Of a DNA stretch of 64,000 nt, positions 1-12,069 are shown one piece after another. The stretch is taken from NCBI RefSeq assembly GCF_006345805.1, contig NC_043022.1, positions 11,842,001 through 11,906,000 on the forward strand, in the 5' to 3' direction. The notes under the pieces are model-generated. The model was not told where the DNA came from and made no database searches. It saw only the letters and a list, made by a program, of their open reading frames with translations. Every line of letters starts with the position of its first letter. Position 1 is the stretch's first letter. The position numbers were made by a program, and so were the translations under genes. The stretch comes from Octopus sinensis. Taxonomy: Eukaryota.

Positions 1-257
1 GGAGCAACACGAAATGAAGTGTTTGGCTCTAAAACACAACGCAGGAATTGAAACCACAGTCGTTGATGTGGTTATGGATGAAGGGCATGATAGACGGAAC
101 TGAAAGGGATACAGCAAGCCCCTAAACACAGAGGGAAGGAAAGCCAGTTTGAAAAGCTCCTGTCACTACCTAAAGTGGTCCTGGTTCCCTCAGAGTGTCA
201 GGAACAAATGAGTCAAAACATTTGTTTGTTGGACGAGAGATCTCTTTTTTTTCTTTT

Positions 258-453
258 TTTTTTACTTGTTCCTGTCATTTGACTGCGGCCATGCTGGAGC
301 ACCGCCTTTAGTCGAGCAAATCGACCCCAGAACTTATTCTTTGTAGAGCTAGTACTTAATCTATCAGTTTCTTTTGCCGAACCGCTAAGTTACGGGGACA
401 TGAACACACCAGCATCAGTTGTCAAGCGATTTTGGGGGACAAACACAGACACA

Positions 454-493
<40 letters not shown>

Positions 494-655
494 TACGACG
501 GGCTTCTTTCAGTTTCCCTCTACCAAATCCACTCACAAATCTTTGGTCGACCTGAGGCTATAGTAGAAGACACTTGCCCAAAGTGTCACGCAGTGGGACT
601 GAACCCGGAACCATGTGGTTGATAAGCAAGCTACTTACCACACAGCCACTCCTGC
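258..655 (-). mobile_element. SINE family A (tRNA-derived head, internal TA/CA microsatellite, AAAGAGT-type tail)
   Basis: Minus-strand head with A-box TGGCTGTGTGG and B-box GGTTCAGTCCC; many near-identical copies in the window. Resembles described octopus tRNA-SINEs; family name not verified. Confidence 0.9.
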
Positions 656-1257
656 TGAAAATTTCTGTTGTCCACTCACCCAGTAACATGTTTCCACACA
701 TTACTTTATCCAAACATCTTTTTACTTTTTGGGATGTAATTGAGGGAGATTTGACTGTTGTTCTAGCAAATCGAGAGACCACGCAGTGGTTCCCTATCTT
801 TATGTAAGAAACTCTAGAAGTCCGTATCTCAAGTAGAGGCGGTGGGAGTCAGTAAGAATCACAAAATCAATAGCAGTTGGTATTATTATTGGTCAGTCTG
901 CCAGCTATGATTAAAACCGCTCCATCCATAGCTCTCTCGTCTTTTTCTTTATTCATCTATAATGCATCTAGACTACATTACCCAATGTGTCTTCCTTTTT
1001 TTTTTCTTTAAGATCGTAAGCAGTATGACTTTGCTTTTAAAATTACAACCAGACGATCCAACAAGAGTTACATCCCTTGAAACAAAGTCATTGTGGCAGG
1101 AAACGGCTTCAGTAAATTCTTTAAAATAAGGCGACGATCTGGTCTAACTGTTAGCACAAAATGGGTTACTGTCATGTAACGACTGACCTGACCATTGCTT
1201 TGAATCTAATGTTTTAAGAATATACACTTTCCACCACCATTATCAACGCCTTACTTC

Positions 1258-1722
1258 CCTGGGCATGGATACATTGAAACTCCGACGTCTGGCAGCTGAC
1301 TTGGCAGACACCCATAAAATTATTAACCATCTTACAAACAATAACGCTGAGCACCGTTTCAAACTCCACCCATCTAACACCCGTGGACATATTTACAAAG
1401 TCAGAAAACAGCACAGCCCCCATGACTTTCGGAAACATTTTTTCACGCTGAGAGTTGCTGAAACATGGAACAAACTGCCGGCATCGGTTGTTAGTTGTCG
1501 GAGCAGTGCATCCTTCAAAACTTCCATGCTTCCTGAGATTCGCCAACACTACACCTGATTTTCTCCCCTCCATACACACACAAGCATTATCTGACTCCTA
1601 CATTGTTCGCTCTCCAGACATTTGTACATTACTGCATATGCTTTATACGCACTTCTGACAAGTTGTGGTGCATCTGAGCACTGTATACAATAATTTCATT
1701 ATTATTATTATTATTATCATTA
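1258..1722 (+). mobile_element. 5'-truncated CR1-clade LINE 3' end with (ATT)n tail
   Basis: ORF 1265-1558 LKLRRLAADL..HKII..FFTLRVAETWNKLP matches the CR1 ORF2 C-terminus; same family at 18110 and 4700. Confidence 0.85.
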
Positions 1723-1996
1723 CACTCATTCTAACCGTCAATTTACAATCATCAGTATCATCACCACACATACATACATACACACGTGTGTGTGTGTGGG
1801 GGGGGTGACAGGATTCCAAAGTTTCTGTCTACTAAATTCACTCACAAGGCAACCCAAAACCATGTGGTTGCAAAGCAAGCCTTTTAACCACAGGCCTGCA
1901 ATCAGTGCATTCATATCATCACACACACCTGTCTGGCCCCTAAAAATGACATGATCATTAAGGACTGAGTAAAATTTATCAAAGAATAACATGTAC

Positions 1997-2162
1997 CAGC
2001 TCTGTAGATCTGTGGATGGGAATTGTGGGAAGTGACAGGGTTCTGTGATTGCTCGACACGATGGCGGGGTTGTAAAGCTGGAGGAAGTTTTGGTGCAGGC
2101 GGCTTCCGAACATCATCAACAGACAAATAAGAGAATTCTTCTGCCAAACCTTGGTTTGCCAT
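1997..2162 (-). CDS. First coding exon of an unidentified host gene (55 aa + 1 nt, Pro-rich N-terminus MANQGLAEEFSYLSVDDVRKPPAPKLPP...)
   Basis: Strong acceptor ttttcttgtatttcag|G at 2195/2194 and donor CTG|gtacat at 1997/1996. ATG at 2162 in AAAATGG context with an in-frame TGA upstream in the exon. Non-repetitive sequence, open frame to the donor. Confidence 0.6.
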
Positions 2163-2602
2163 TTTCAAAAGTAATTTCTTTCTTTACTGGTCAACCTGAA
2201 ATACAAGAAAATATATGAAAATGTTTAATATTATAATAATAATAATAATAACTATTCTCCCAGCCCCCTGCCTTTATTACACGAATAATAATCCTTTCTA
2301 CTCTAGGCACAAGGCCTGAAATTTTGGGGGAGAGGGGACCAGTTAACCAGTTAATTAGATCAACCCCAGCACACAACTGGTACTTAATTTATCCACAACA
2401 AATTCCGTCCAATCTATGCAAGCATGAGCAAGTGGACGTTAAGATGATAATGATAATAATGATGTTAGCACTTCTGGTAGTTGCTTAGCAACTGAGTATC
2501 TCTGACAAAGAATTTTCTAGGGATAAGTAAGACTAGCTTGACAAAACACATATCTAACACACATACATACTCACAAATAGCCATATATACATATGTATGT
2601 AT

Positions 2603-2645
<43 letters not shown>

Positions 2646-2646
2646 C

Positions 2647-3275
2647 ACACGAGTAAAACGCCCCCCGTCCAATGGACGATGCTGAGTTGTCAAACATTTA
2701 AACCAAATTTTCTCAAAACAACTAGTCCATCCATCCATCCCATAGGTCTCCCCTTTGAGAAACACTGATTTCACCTAAATTTGAGATACCAGCAAAAGAA
2801 GAAATAAAGATTGACTTTTTTTTCTATTCCAAAGAAAAACGATTTTATTCACACAAATATGCAGCCGAAGAGTTTAAAGTACCAGTAATGATAAGGCTGT
2901 TGACTGGGAGAACACAAACATGGTTTAAACAGGAAAGAAATGTGCCTTTAGGCAGTACAAAAACAACAAAAAAATGGAAAGTGCAGTTATGTAGAAAAGC
3001 ATGATAATTTTTTTGCACAAACTGCATGTACATTTTTCTCGTGTACACGTAGTATCGATCTCAACAGCTGATGTACTTCCACGTACAAATGCACGTTTCC
3101 ACGGCTTTATCGATCGCATTCTCACCTGGAAGCGATTTTTCTAATTTTTTCAAGACTTATACAGACCCTGATACTGTCGGTATCTACATATCAAATTTGA
3201 GCGCAATTGGATGGAGGATGCCCGAGATCCTAGAAGACACACACACGTGCAGACAGAACAGATTTTATATAATCT
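2647..3275 (-). mobile_element. Possible non-autonomous Helitron-like element
   Basis: Right end ...CAGATTTTATATAAT resembles the 5' end of the 31090 Helitron; small hairpin CGTCC-aat-GGACG near the left end; canonical CTRR end not seen. Confidence 0.3.
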
Positions 3276-4007
3276 ATATATATATATATATATATATATA
3301 GGGGGGAGGAGATATCGATAGATAGATAAGCACACACAAGTTTTTGCAATAAAACAATGTAATCTGATGTAGTGACTTTGCAATTAATAGACAAGTTACG
3401 TATTATTATACATATGGGGTGCATATATGCATGTGAATGTGTGTAAGTACAAATACACAAACAAACACACACATCAGCTGAGTCAGATGAAGAGGAATTA
3501 CAACTAGATAAAATCTCTCGGCAGTTTGAATGCACAAATCTCCGATATCCAAGTAGCTAAAATGTGTCAGCAGAAGGGCACCCAATGGTCATGACTTGGA
3601 CGTGGCCCAGCCCACTTAGTGTGTAAAAAGTTAAGGGCCATAACACCAGCCTGATGAGGGAGAGAGTCTTCTCCAAGGACCTTCTGTTGAGAGTTTCTTA
3701 CCTCCCCCACACACACACATACCAGCTGCACAGCTATTTGCAACATCAGTGAATCTTTTACTCACTTCTTCCTATATCACAGATGACAAAAAGCTCTCAT
3801 CGGAGCATGTCACTGGCTGTGAGTGTGCCTCCTTATTGATATAAGGAGGCTGAAATACATCTGGCACTTTCACTGGTAGCTGCTGAAATGAATTTTCATC
3901 TCACTCTGATATTTGTGTATTTAAAACGCATCAGGTCCATAAGAGATGGTATCTCAAGACAAATATGGCAGTAACTGGTCTTTCGACAGTGTGTATTCAT
4001 TAAGTAT

Positions 4008-4187
4008 CATCATCATCATTTAACCTCTGTTGTCCATGCTGGCATGGATTGGATGGTTTGACCAGGGCTAATAAGTTGGAAGGCTGCACCAGACTCCAGT
4101 CTGATTTGTCATGGTTTTCTATGGCTGGATGCCCTTCTTAATGCCAACCACTCCGAAAGTGTAATGGGTGCTTTTAAGTGCCAGTAG
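4008..4187 (-). mobile_element. SINE family C, old copy ((GAT)n tail, GGAAGGGCATCCAG core)
   Basis: Diverged match to the 12303-12586 family. Confidence 0.8.
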
Positions 4188-4223
<36 letters not shown>

Positions 4224-4227
<4 letters not shown>

Positions 4228-4390
4228 GCTGTGTGGTAAGTAGCTTGCTAACCAACCACATGGTTCCGGGTTCAGTCCCACTGCGTGGCATCTTGGGCAA
4301 GTGTCTTCTGCTATAGCCCCAGGCCGACCAATGCCTTGTGAGTGGATTTGGTAGACGGAAACTGAAAGAAGCCTGTCATATATATGTATG

Positions 4391-4435
<45 letters not shown>

Positions 4436-4658
4436 ATGTGTGTGCATTTGTGTGTCTGTGTTTGTCCCCCTAGCATTGCTTGACAACCGATGCTGGTGTG
4501 TTTATGTCCCCGTCACTTAGCAGTTCGGCAAAAGAGACCGATAGAATAAGTACTGGGCTTACAAAGAATAAGTCCCGGGGTCAATTTGCTCGACTATAGG
4601 CGGTGCTCCAGCATGGCCGCAGTCAAATGACTGAAACAAGTAAAAGGGTAAAAGAGTA
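4224..4658 (+). mobile_element. SINE family A, full length
   Basis: A/B boxes, internal microsatellite, tail ...AAGTAAAAGGGTAAAAGAGTA. Confidence 0.9.
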
Positions 4659-4699
4659 TATATATATATATATATATATAACAGTGAATGAGTTACTGA

Positions 4700-5010
4700 A
4701 AAAAAGAGTAAAGAGGGAAACAGGTGTAATGCTAGTGAATTTCAAGAAGCATGGAATTTTTGAAGTCTCAACAGTTAACAACCAATGGATAGTTTCTTCC
4801 ATGCTTCAACATTTCTGCAGGAGGCAAAATGTTTCCAAAAGTCAAGGAGACTGTGTTGCTTTTTGACTCTGGAAGCATGTGCACGGGTGTTAGGCATATG
4901 GAATTCAAAAATGTCCATGAGGTTGTTGTTGTTATTGGAAAGATGGTGGATAATCTTGTGGGTGTCTACCAAATCAGTTGCTGGACATTGGAGGTTTAAT
5001 GTGTCCAAGA
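4700..5010 (-). mobile_element. CR1 LINE 3' fragment, degraded
   Basis: ORF 4775-5008 MDTLNLQCPATDLVDTHKIIH.. is homologous to the 1265 ORF. Confidence 0.8.
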
Positions 5011-5159
5011 AATGTTTTACTCAGGAACACAATGCATCACCCAGCCTAGGAATTGAAGCCACTATCTTGAAAGTACGAGAGCAACGCCCTATCCACTAGG
5101 ACTGGTTAGAAGACAATAACTAAGAAATTCAGTGCCTTCTTCATGAGAAAAAAACAACA

Positions 5160-5440
5160 ATTAAGTTAGTTAGTTAGTTAGTTAGTTAATTTGGCTCAAA
5201 AGCAAATAGCAAGGCCATGTAGGGGGACATGGAGTTAAGTACAGGGTGTTCATGTAAAGAGTTCAGGCCACTTGAGGTCCAGGGAGGCTTTGAACAAAGC
5301 GGTCGTCGGCATCTTCACCATCTCCTCTGGCAGCTTGTTCCACGGATCCGCAACCCGGACGGAGAAAGCTCCTCTCCTTCGATTGAGATGAAATCGTCGC
5401 AGGTAGAGCTTTTCGGAATGACCCCGCAGCCGACGCCATC
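5160..5440 (-). mobile_element. CR1 LINE 3' fragment of a second subfamily, (TAAC)n tail
   Basis: LRGHSEKLYLRRFHLNRRRGAFSVRVADPWNKLPEEMV..FKASLD is typical of the CR1 ORF2 C-terminus; tail at 5163-5188. Confidence 0.85.
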
Positions 5441-5739
5441 TACTAAATGTATCAGTTAATCCAGAACACTTACTGAAGGTAGCAAGCAGTAGGATTGAAC
5501 ATGAAACCATGTGATTGGAAAGCAACCTTCTTAACCAAACAGCCATGTCTATGCCTATTGCAATGAGGATGATTACCTGATCTGGTTGAACAATGGCTGT
5601 TACATTTGATACACCCAATATCTGTACAATGTGGGATTGTTGTGACCACACACCTGTATAATATTTATATATAATGTTCTATTAAGTGTCCTGTAGTTAA
5701 ATATTCAGTGTCAAACAAGAACATGATAACTTATCTTTT

Positions 5740-6005
5740 ACATGTTCCAGTCACTGGACTGTGGCCATGCTGGGGCACCGCCTTGAATGGTTTAGCTAAA
5801 CAAATCAACCTCGGTATTTATTTTTAAGCCTGGTATTTATTTTATTGGTCTCTTCTGTTGAACTACTAAGTTACAAAGACATAAACAAACCAACACTGGT
5901 TGTCAAATGGCAGGGGTAGGGAACAAACACACACACATATAATACACGTTTAGACATATATACACACATACATATACACAAACATGCATATACACACGTA
6001 CACAT

Positions 6006-6037
<32 letters not shown>

Positions 6038-6187
6038 ATAGGCTTCCTCACAGTTTCTATCAACCAAATTTATTCACAAGGAATTGGTCAACTCAAAGCT
6101 ATCGTACAAGACACAAGGTACCACACAGTGGGACTGAACCTGAAACCATGCGGTTAGAAAGTGGACTTGTTAACCACACAGCCATGC
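5740..6187 (-). mobile_element. SINE family A, old diverged copy
   Basis: Same two-part layout with many substitutions. Confidence 0.75.
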
Positions 6188-6689
6188 CTCTGGAAGATAA
6201 TTCAACAACAGGTTTTATATGAGAAAGCCTCCAAATAGATATTCCCAGTAAAAAGAGAGCCAGAAATCAGTCTCATACAACATGCCTAGACACAAATCTG
6301 GATATTTCTATACCTCTTTGTGAACTAGACTGTTATGTAATGATATAGGATGTCACTGAATGGAATTACTTAACTCTATATATACACAAACACATACCCA
6401 TATACACATTTACAGACAACCACAGGCATATACACTCGTATATAGACACAAACATATATATATATATATATACACATACACATACATACATAAATACATA
6501 CACGTGTACATACATATATATATACACTCTAACATCTCTTCTCCCCTGCCCATCCACCTCTCTTCATTTTGAGCTCAAGTCCCACAGGAACTGATTATGC
6601 TTTCCGTTCCTCCAGGGGTAGGGAGGTTCTACCAAGTAATTATCAGTAACTGTACTGCACTTGAGGCATGTAACTACAGTCCCCTTCCT

Positions 6690-7320
6690 GCTGCTAGACT
6701 TGCTAGAAATAACAGCTAAATCTTCATATAACATTCTACAGTCTTGAAAAAAGTAACATTGGTAATGTAGTCCTTGATATACTAAGCCTGAAAAATATGG
6801 GATGCTTCTAGGCGGAATGACTTCATAGGTCTTCCTGATCTGCTAGAAATAGCAACCAAATCCCTTTCACATCAACGCCCTACAGGCTTAGAAAAAAAGC
6901 ACAGTAAATAAAATAGTCCTTGATACACTATACCTAAAAATATACAGGATAGTCCTAACCAGGACTATAGGTCTTCTTGATCTGCTGAAAATAGCAACCA
7001 AATCCCCATCATGTCTCTCCCTACTATCTTAAAAAAGGAAAGGGAACAAGTAGATAATGTAGTCCTAGAGACATTATGCCCCAAAATATAGGATGGTCCG
7101 AGCTGGAACGCCTTCATAGACCTTCCTTATCTGCTAGAAATAGCAACCAAATTTCCTTAATACCACACCTTGCTGTCTATAGAAGAAAAAAGCTAAGTAA
7201 AGTAAATAACGTATCCTAGATACACTATACTTGAATAAAAGATGGGATGGCCATTGCTGGAATGTCTTTAATCATAGGTCAGCTGGATCAGGGATAACCC
7301 GAAGATAAACAACATTATTA
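6690..7320 (+). repeat. Family E tandem units (about 150 bp, about 4 copies)
   Basis: Recurrent GCTAGAAATAGCAACCAAAT..TAATGTAGTCCTAGATACACTAT..GATGGGATGG..GCTGGAA motifs. Confidence 0.8.
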
Positions 7321-7794
7321 TATAAAAACGTCAGGCGAGTATTTCATTACAGCTATTTATAGCATCCTCGGCCCGAAATCCTTCCAGGTTACATTTTGGC
7401 CTTCAAATTCTTCCTGATAATAAAAATACCAGTTATGTACTGGGGGATAGAGGGGGTGGGGGGGAAATCTAATTCCCAACACCACCACCACCACCCTCTC
7501 TCTCTCTCCCCAAACATCTGGCCCCCTCTGCTTGTTATAGCGATACAGACTATATAAGATGTAAGTAAGATGTTATACGGTAATTAAATATGGGAAGTGA
7601 ACGGTGTGTGTGTGAGAATGCATGTGCGTTTGGCAGAGTGCGTACGTGCGTGAGCATGTGTGTGTGTGTGTAAGTGCATTAATGCACGTGTATGTATGTG
7701 TTATTGCCGCGCGCACGCACACACTACGCTGCAGACCCTGAAGTGAACCAAACTACAGATACCATATCATATATAATGGCCACTCTGAGAGTTC

Positions 7795-8355
7795 TCTCCC
7801 CTTCCTCCCCTCTCATTTGTCTATCCCTGTTTCCCCCCTTCCTCTTTCTCTCTCTCTCTCTGTTTTTACCCTCCTTCCCTCACACTCATCTTCTTTGTCC
7901 TCCTTCTTTCTATCTCTTTCTCCCTCTATTCCTCTCTTTCCTTTCGTTCCCCTCTCTCTCTCTTTCTCTTCACCCTTCCACTCTTCTTTGGTCCTTCTCT
8001 CTCTCTCTCTCGACTCCCACTTTTCTTTCGTCCCTCTCTCTCTCTCTCTCTCCCTCTCTCTCGTCTCCCTTCCACTCTTCTTTCGTCCCCCTCTCTCCCT
8101 CTTTCTCTTCACCCTTCCCTCCCCTTTCGTCCCTCTCTCTCGTTTCCCTACCACTCTTCTTTAGTCTCTCTCTCTCTCTCTCTTCTTTATCCTCTGTCCT
8201 TTCTATCTCTCCCTCTATTCCTCTCTTTCCTTTCGTTCCTCTCTCCCTCTTTCTCTTCACCCTTCCACTCTTCTTTCGTCTCCCCCCCCTCTCTCTCTCT
8301 CTCTCAGTCCTCTTTGTCCTCCCTTCTTCTAATCTCTTTCTCCATCTTTTCCTCT
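7795..8355. repeat. Complex CT-rich polypyrimidine tract with internal duplications
   Basis: Almost purine-free plus strand with repeated CTCTTCACCCTTCCACTCTTCTTT blocks. Confidence 0.9.
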
Positions 8356-8823
8356 CGACCTGGTTTTCTGGAAGGTTCTACTCATGAAAGAATGTGAAGG
8401 AATTTTTAGCTTAGAAAAAAAAAAAAATTTTAAAACAAATAAATAAATAACGATTCCGGAAATAAAAATGACAAACAAACAAACAAACAAAACGACCGTT
8501 TTTATTTTAAATAATTTCACCCGAATTTGATGGACGTATGACCTTTCTTAATCTTTTCTAGCACGGCTTGGCTTCTATTTTCCTTTAGGTCTTTTTGGTA
8601 CTTGTTCCATTGGACTGCAGCCATGCTGGAGCACCACGTTGAAGGGTTTTAGTCGAATGTATCGACCCCCAGCTCTCATATTTTTCTTTTATTTATTTAT
8701 TTTGGGGGTGGGTGTAAGGGGTGTTTTCCAAGTCTGGTACTTATTCTATCACTCTCTCATTTAACCGGTAGGTTACGGGGACATAAGCAAAACAATACAG
8801 GTTGTTAAGCTGTGATAGAAGTG

Positions 8824-9052
8824 GGGTGAGCTGGCAGAAACGTTAGCAGGCCGGGCGAAATGCTTAACAGTATTTCGTCTGCCACTACGTTCTGAGTTCA
8901 AATTCCGCCGAGGTCGACTTTGCCTTTCATCCTTTCGGGGTCGATTAAATAAGTACTAGTTACGCACTGGGGTCGATATAATCGACTTAATCCGTTTGTC
9001 TGTCCTTGTTTGTCCCCTCTGTGTTTAGCCCCTTGTGGGCAGTAAAGAAATA
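8824..9052 (+). mobile_element. SINE family B (GTCGACTTTGCCTTTCATCC central domain, possibly Nin/Deu-like)
   Basis: GAGCTGGCAGAA head, GAGTTCAAATTCC B-box, tail TGTGGG..TAAAGAAATA. Domain naming is from memory. Confidence 0.85.
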
Positions 9053-9254
9053 ACAAATACACACACACACACACACACACACATACAAGCTTTAAGACAG
9101 GCACTGGGCCAAATAAACAATGCCAGAGCAGCGACTGGTACACAATACATTCCTCGGACCTTCTGGATCCTGTCAAACTGTCCAATCCGTACCAGCTTGG
9201 GACATGGACGTTAAATGATGATTACGATGCCAACAGACTTTCCACACGGTTTCT

Positions 9255-9658
9255 TATTCTTTACTACCCCACAAGGGGCTAAACATAGAGGGGACAAACA
9301 AGGACAGGCCAACAGATTAAGTCGTTATATCGACCCCACTGCGTAACTGGTATAATTTATCGACCCCGAAAGGATGAAAGGCAAAGTCGACCTTGGCGAA
9401 TTTGAACTCAGAACGAGGGCAGACGAAATACCTATTTCTTTATTACCCACAAGGGGCTAAACACAGAAGGGACAAAACAAGGAAGCAAACAGATTAAGTC
9501 GATTATATCGACCCCAGTGGTAACTGGACTTAATTTATCGACCCCAAAAGGATGAAAGGTACAGTCGACCTTGAGGAATTGAACTCAGAAAGTAGGGGCA
9601 GACGAAATACCGCTAAGCATTTCGCCCGGCGTGCTAAGTTCTGCCCAGCTCGCCGCCT
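9255..9658 (-). mobile_element. SINE family B, head-to-tail dimer
   Basis: Two units joined at about 9432. Confidence 0.85.
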
Positions 9659-10109
9659 TTAGGGTTAGGGAACCTTCACACAGTTTCACCTACCACTCAC
9701 TCACAAGATACACAACCACACACACACACATACAAACATACATACATACATGCATGCATACATACATACATACATACATATATATACGACGGGCTTCTTT
9801 CAGTTTCCGTCTACCAAATCCACTCACAAGGCTTTGGTCGGCCCGAGGCTATAATAGAAGACACTTGCCCAAGGTGCCACGCAGTGGGACTGAACCCGGA
9901 ACCATGTGGATGGTGAACATTCAACGCCGGAAAGAAATATCAAACGTTTCACCCGTTCTTTCAGTAACAAACGATAATCGAAATCACATCTCAAAAGACA
10001 ACCACTAGATAACATTGACAAGTGTATTAATTTGATTTACCATCCATATTTATTCACAAAAAGCTCTACAATTAGCCGTCATTTTTCATGGCTTGGGGGC
10101 CAGCTAGTA

Positions 10110-10843
10110 GTACTTATGTATTAACGTTGTTTTGAATTAATCATGCGTTATCTCAAGGCTTCAAGATTTCCATGATATAATACTCTTTACTCTTTTACTT
10201 GTTTCAGTCATTTGACTGCGGCCATGCTGGAGCATCGCCTTTAGTCGAGCAAATCGACCCCGGGACTTATTCTTTTGTAAGCCCAGTACTTATTCTATCG
10301 GTCTCTTTTTGCCGAACCGCTAAGTTACGGGGACGTAAACACACCAGCATCGGTTGTCAAGCAATGATAGGGGGACAAACACAGACACACAAACATATAC
10401 ACACACACACACACATATAATATATATATACGACGAGCTTCTTTCAGTTTCGTCTACCAAATCCACTCACAAGGCATTGGTCGGCCCGGGGCTATAGCAG
10501 AAGACACTTGCCGAAGATGCCACGCAGTGGGACTGAACCCAGAACCATGTGGTTGGTTAGCAAGCTACTTACCACACAGCCACTACGACAGGCTTCTTTC
10601 AGTTTCCGTCTACCAAATCCACTCACAAGGCATTGGTCGGCCCGGGGCTATAGCAGAAGACACTTGCCCAAGATGCCACGCAGTGGGACTGAACCCGGAA
10701 CCATGTGGTTGGTAAACAAGCTACTTACCACACAGCCACTTTTAGAATGCCGTTGTAGGTTAGGTGTGAGATGCCAGATCTAGCCAGTTTGAACATAAAA
10801 CAGAATATTTGGGCTGGATATGACCAACTTAAATGCTAAAGGG
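10110..10843 (-). mobile_element. piggyBac-type MITE remnant interrupted by a SINE A
   Basis: 10741-10843 ends AATGCTAAAGGG+TTAA; 10110-10187 and 10741-10843 match different parts of the 63306-63533 element. Confidence 0.65.
10188..10740 (-). mobile_element. SINE family A with tandem-duplicated head
   Basis: Head module present twice (about 10430-10583 and 10586-10740). Confidence 0.9.
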
Positions 10844-11355
10844 TTAAGATGTCTTCTCTAACCCTGACATAAAAGCCATGAGAAGACACACACACACACA
10901 TACACACATACACACATACACTTGTCCACAGACTTAATTGTGATCATTTAAAACGTTATAATTATGTTTAATTAATGTAGGTAAATGACATATCTTCATT
11001 ATATTATAATTTATTATAAATATTCCTGACATTTTTGCAGTATGCAATCAGAAAAGTTAAACGGACAGCTCTCTTTGTGTGTGTGTGTGTATGTGTGTGT
11101 GCGCGCATGCGTGTGTGTGTGTGTGTGTGTGCATGTGTCTTTCACTCTCTTTGTGTATGTGTGCATGTGTGTGTGTGTATGTCTTTCACTCTCTTTGTGT
11201 AAGTGTGTCTCTCTTCTGCTCTTCTTTCTATTTCCCTCTCTCTCTCTTCTGCTCTTCTTTCTTAGTCTCTCTCTCTCTCTTTCTTCTGCTCTTCTTTCTT
11301 ATTCTCTCTCTCTTTCTTCTGCTCTTCTTTATCTATCTATCTATCTATCTATCTA

Positions 11356-11394
<39 letters not shown>

Positions 11395-11482
11395 GTCTGT
11401 CTATCTATCTATCCATCCATCTTTCCAGCATTATCTCTGTCTGTCTGCCTCTATTTGTCCTTCTAGTTCAGGCTTGTGAAGC

Positions 11483-11695
11483 TGCGTGGCTCAGTGGTTA
11501 GGATACATGGCTTACGATCATAAGGATGTGAGTTTCATTCCTGATGGTGGCATCTTCTCCTTGACCAAGACCCCTTATTTCAAGTTGCTCCAGTCCACTC
11601 AGCCAGCAAAAATGATACGTACCTGCATTTCAAAGGCCCAGCCTTGTCACACACCAGGTCACACGAAATCTCCCTGAGAACCATGTTAAGCATAC
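11483..11695 (+). mobile_element. SINE family D, old copy
   Basis: TGGCTCAGTGG A-box, GTTGCTCCAGTCCACTCAGC, then a body matching 51447-51832. Confidence 0.7.
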
Positions 11696-11699
11696 ATAC

Positions 11700-11860
11700 A
11701 AGAGTGGCTGTGTGGTAAGTAACTTGCTTACCAACCACATGGTTCCGGGTTCAATCCACAGCGTGGAACCTTGGGCAAGTGTCTTCTGCTATAGCCTCGG
11801 GCCGACCAAAGCCTTGTGAGTGGATTTGGTAGACGGAAACTGAAAGAAGCCCATCGTATA
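11700..11860 (+). mobile_element. SINE family A, head half
   Basis: A/B boxes through GAAAGAAGCCCATCG. Confidence 0.85.
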
Positions 11861-11864
11861 TGTG

Positions 11865-12012
11865 TCTTCCCTTCTCCTATGTTTCCGACGAGGAGCTCCG
11901 CTCGAAACGTTAAACCCTCCTTTTTTCCTTCCTTCCTGAGTGTCCAATAATACTATATTTGTTCCACGTCCTCGCGTTGTTGTGTTTTTTTGTGCTTTCT
12001 TGTTTGGATTAA

Positions 12013-12069
<57 letters not shown>

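Noticed and set aside
2100-2162. Resemblance of MANQGL..KPPAP to the PAK1 N-terminus
   Set aside because: The PxxPxR..S motif is not conserved; too short to assign a symbol.
3651-3690. CTGATGA followed by a GGAGA/TCTCC stem as a hammerhead
   Set aside because: No GAAA after the stem.
4224-4300. tRNA genes
   Set aside because: A/B boxes belong to SINE heads; no complete cloverleaf with acceptor stem was found.
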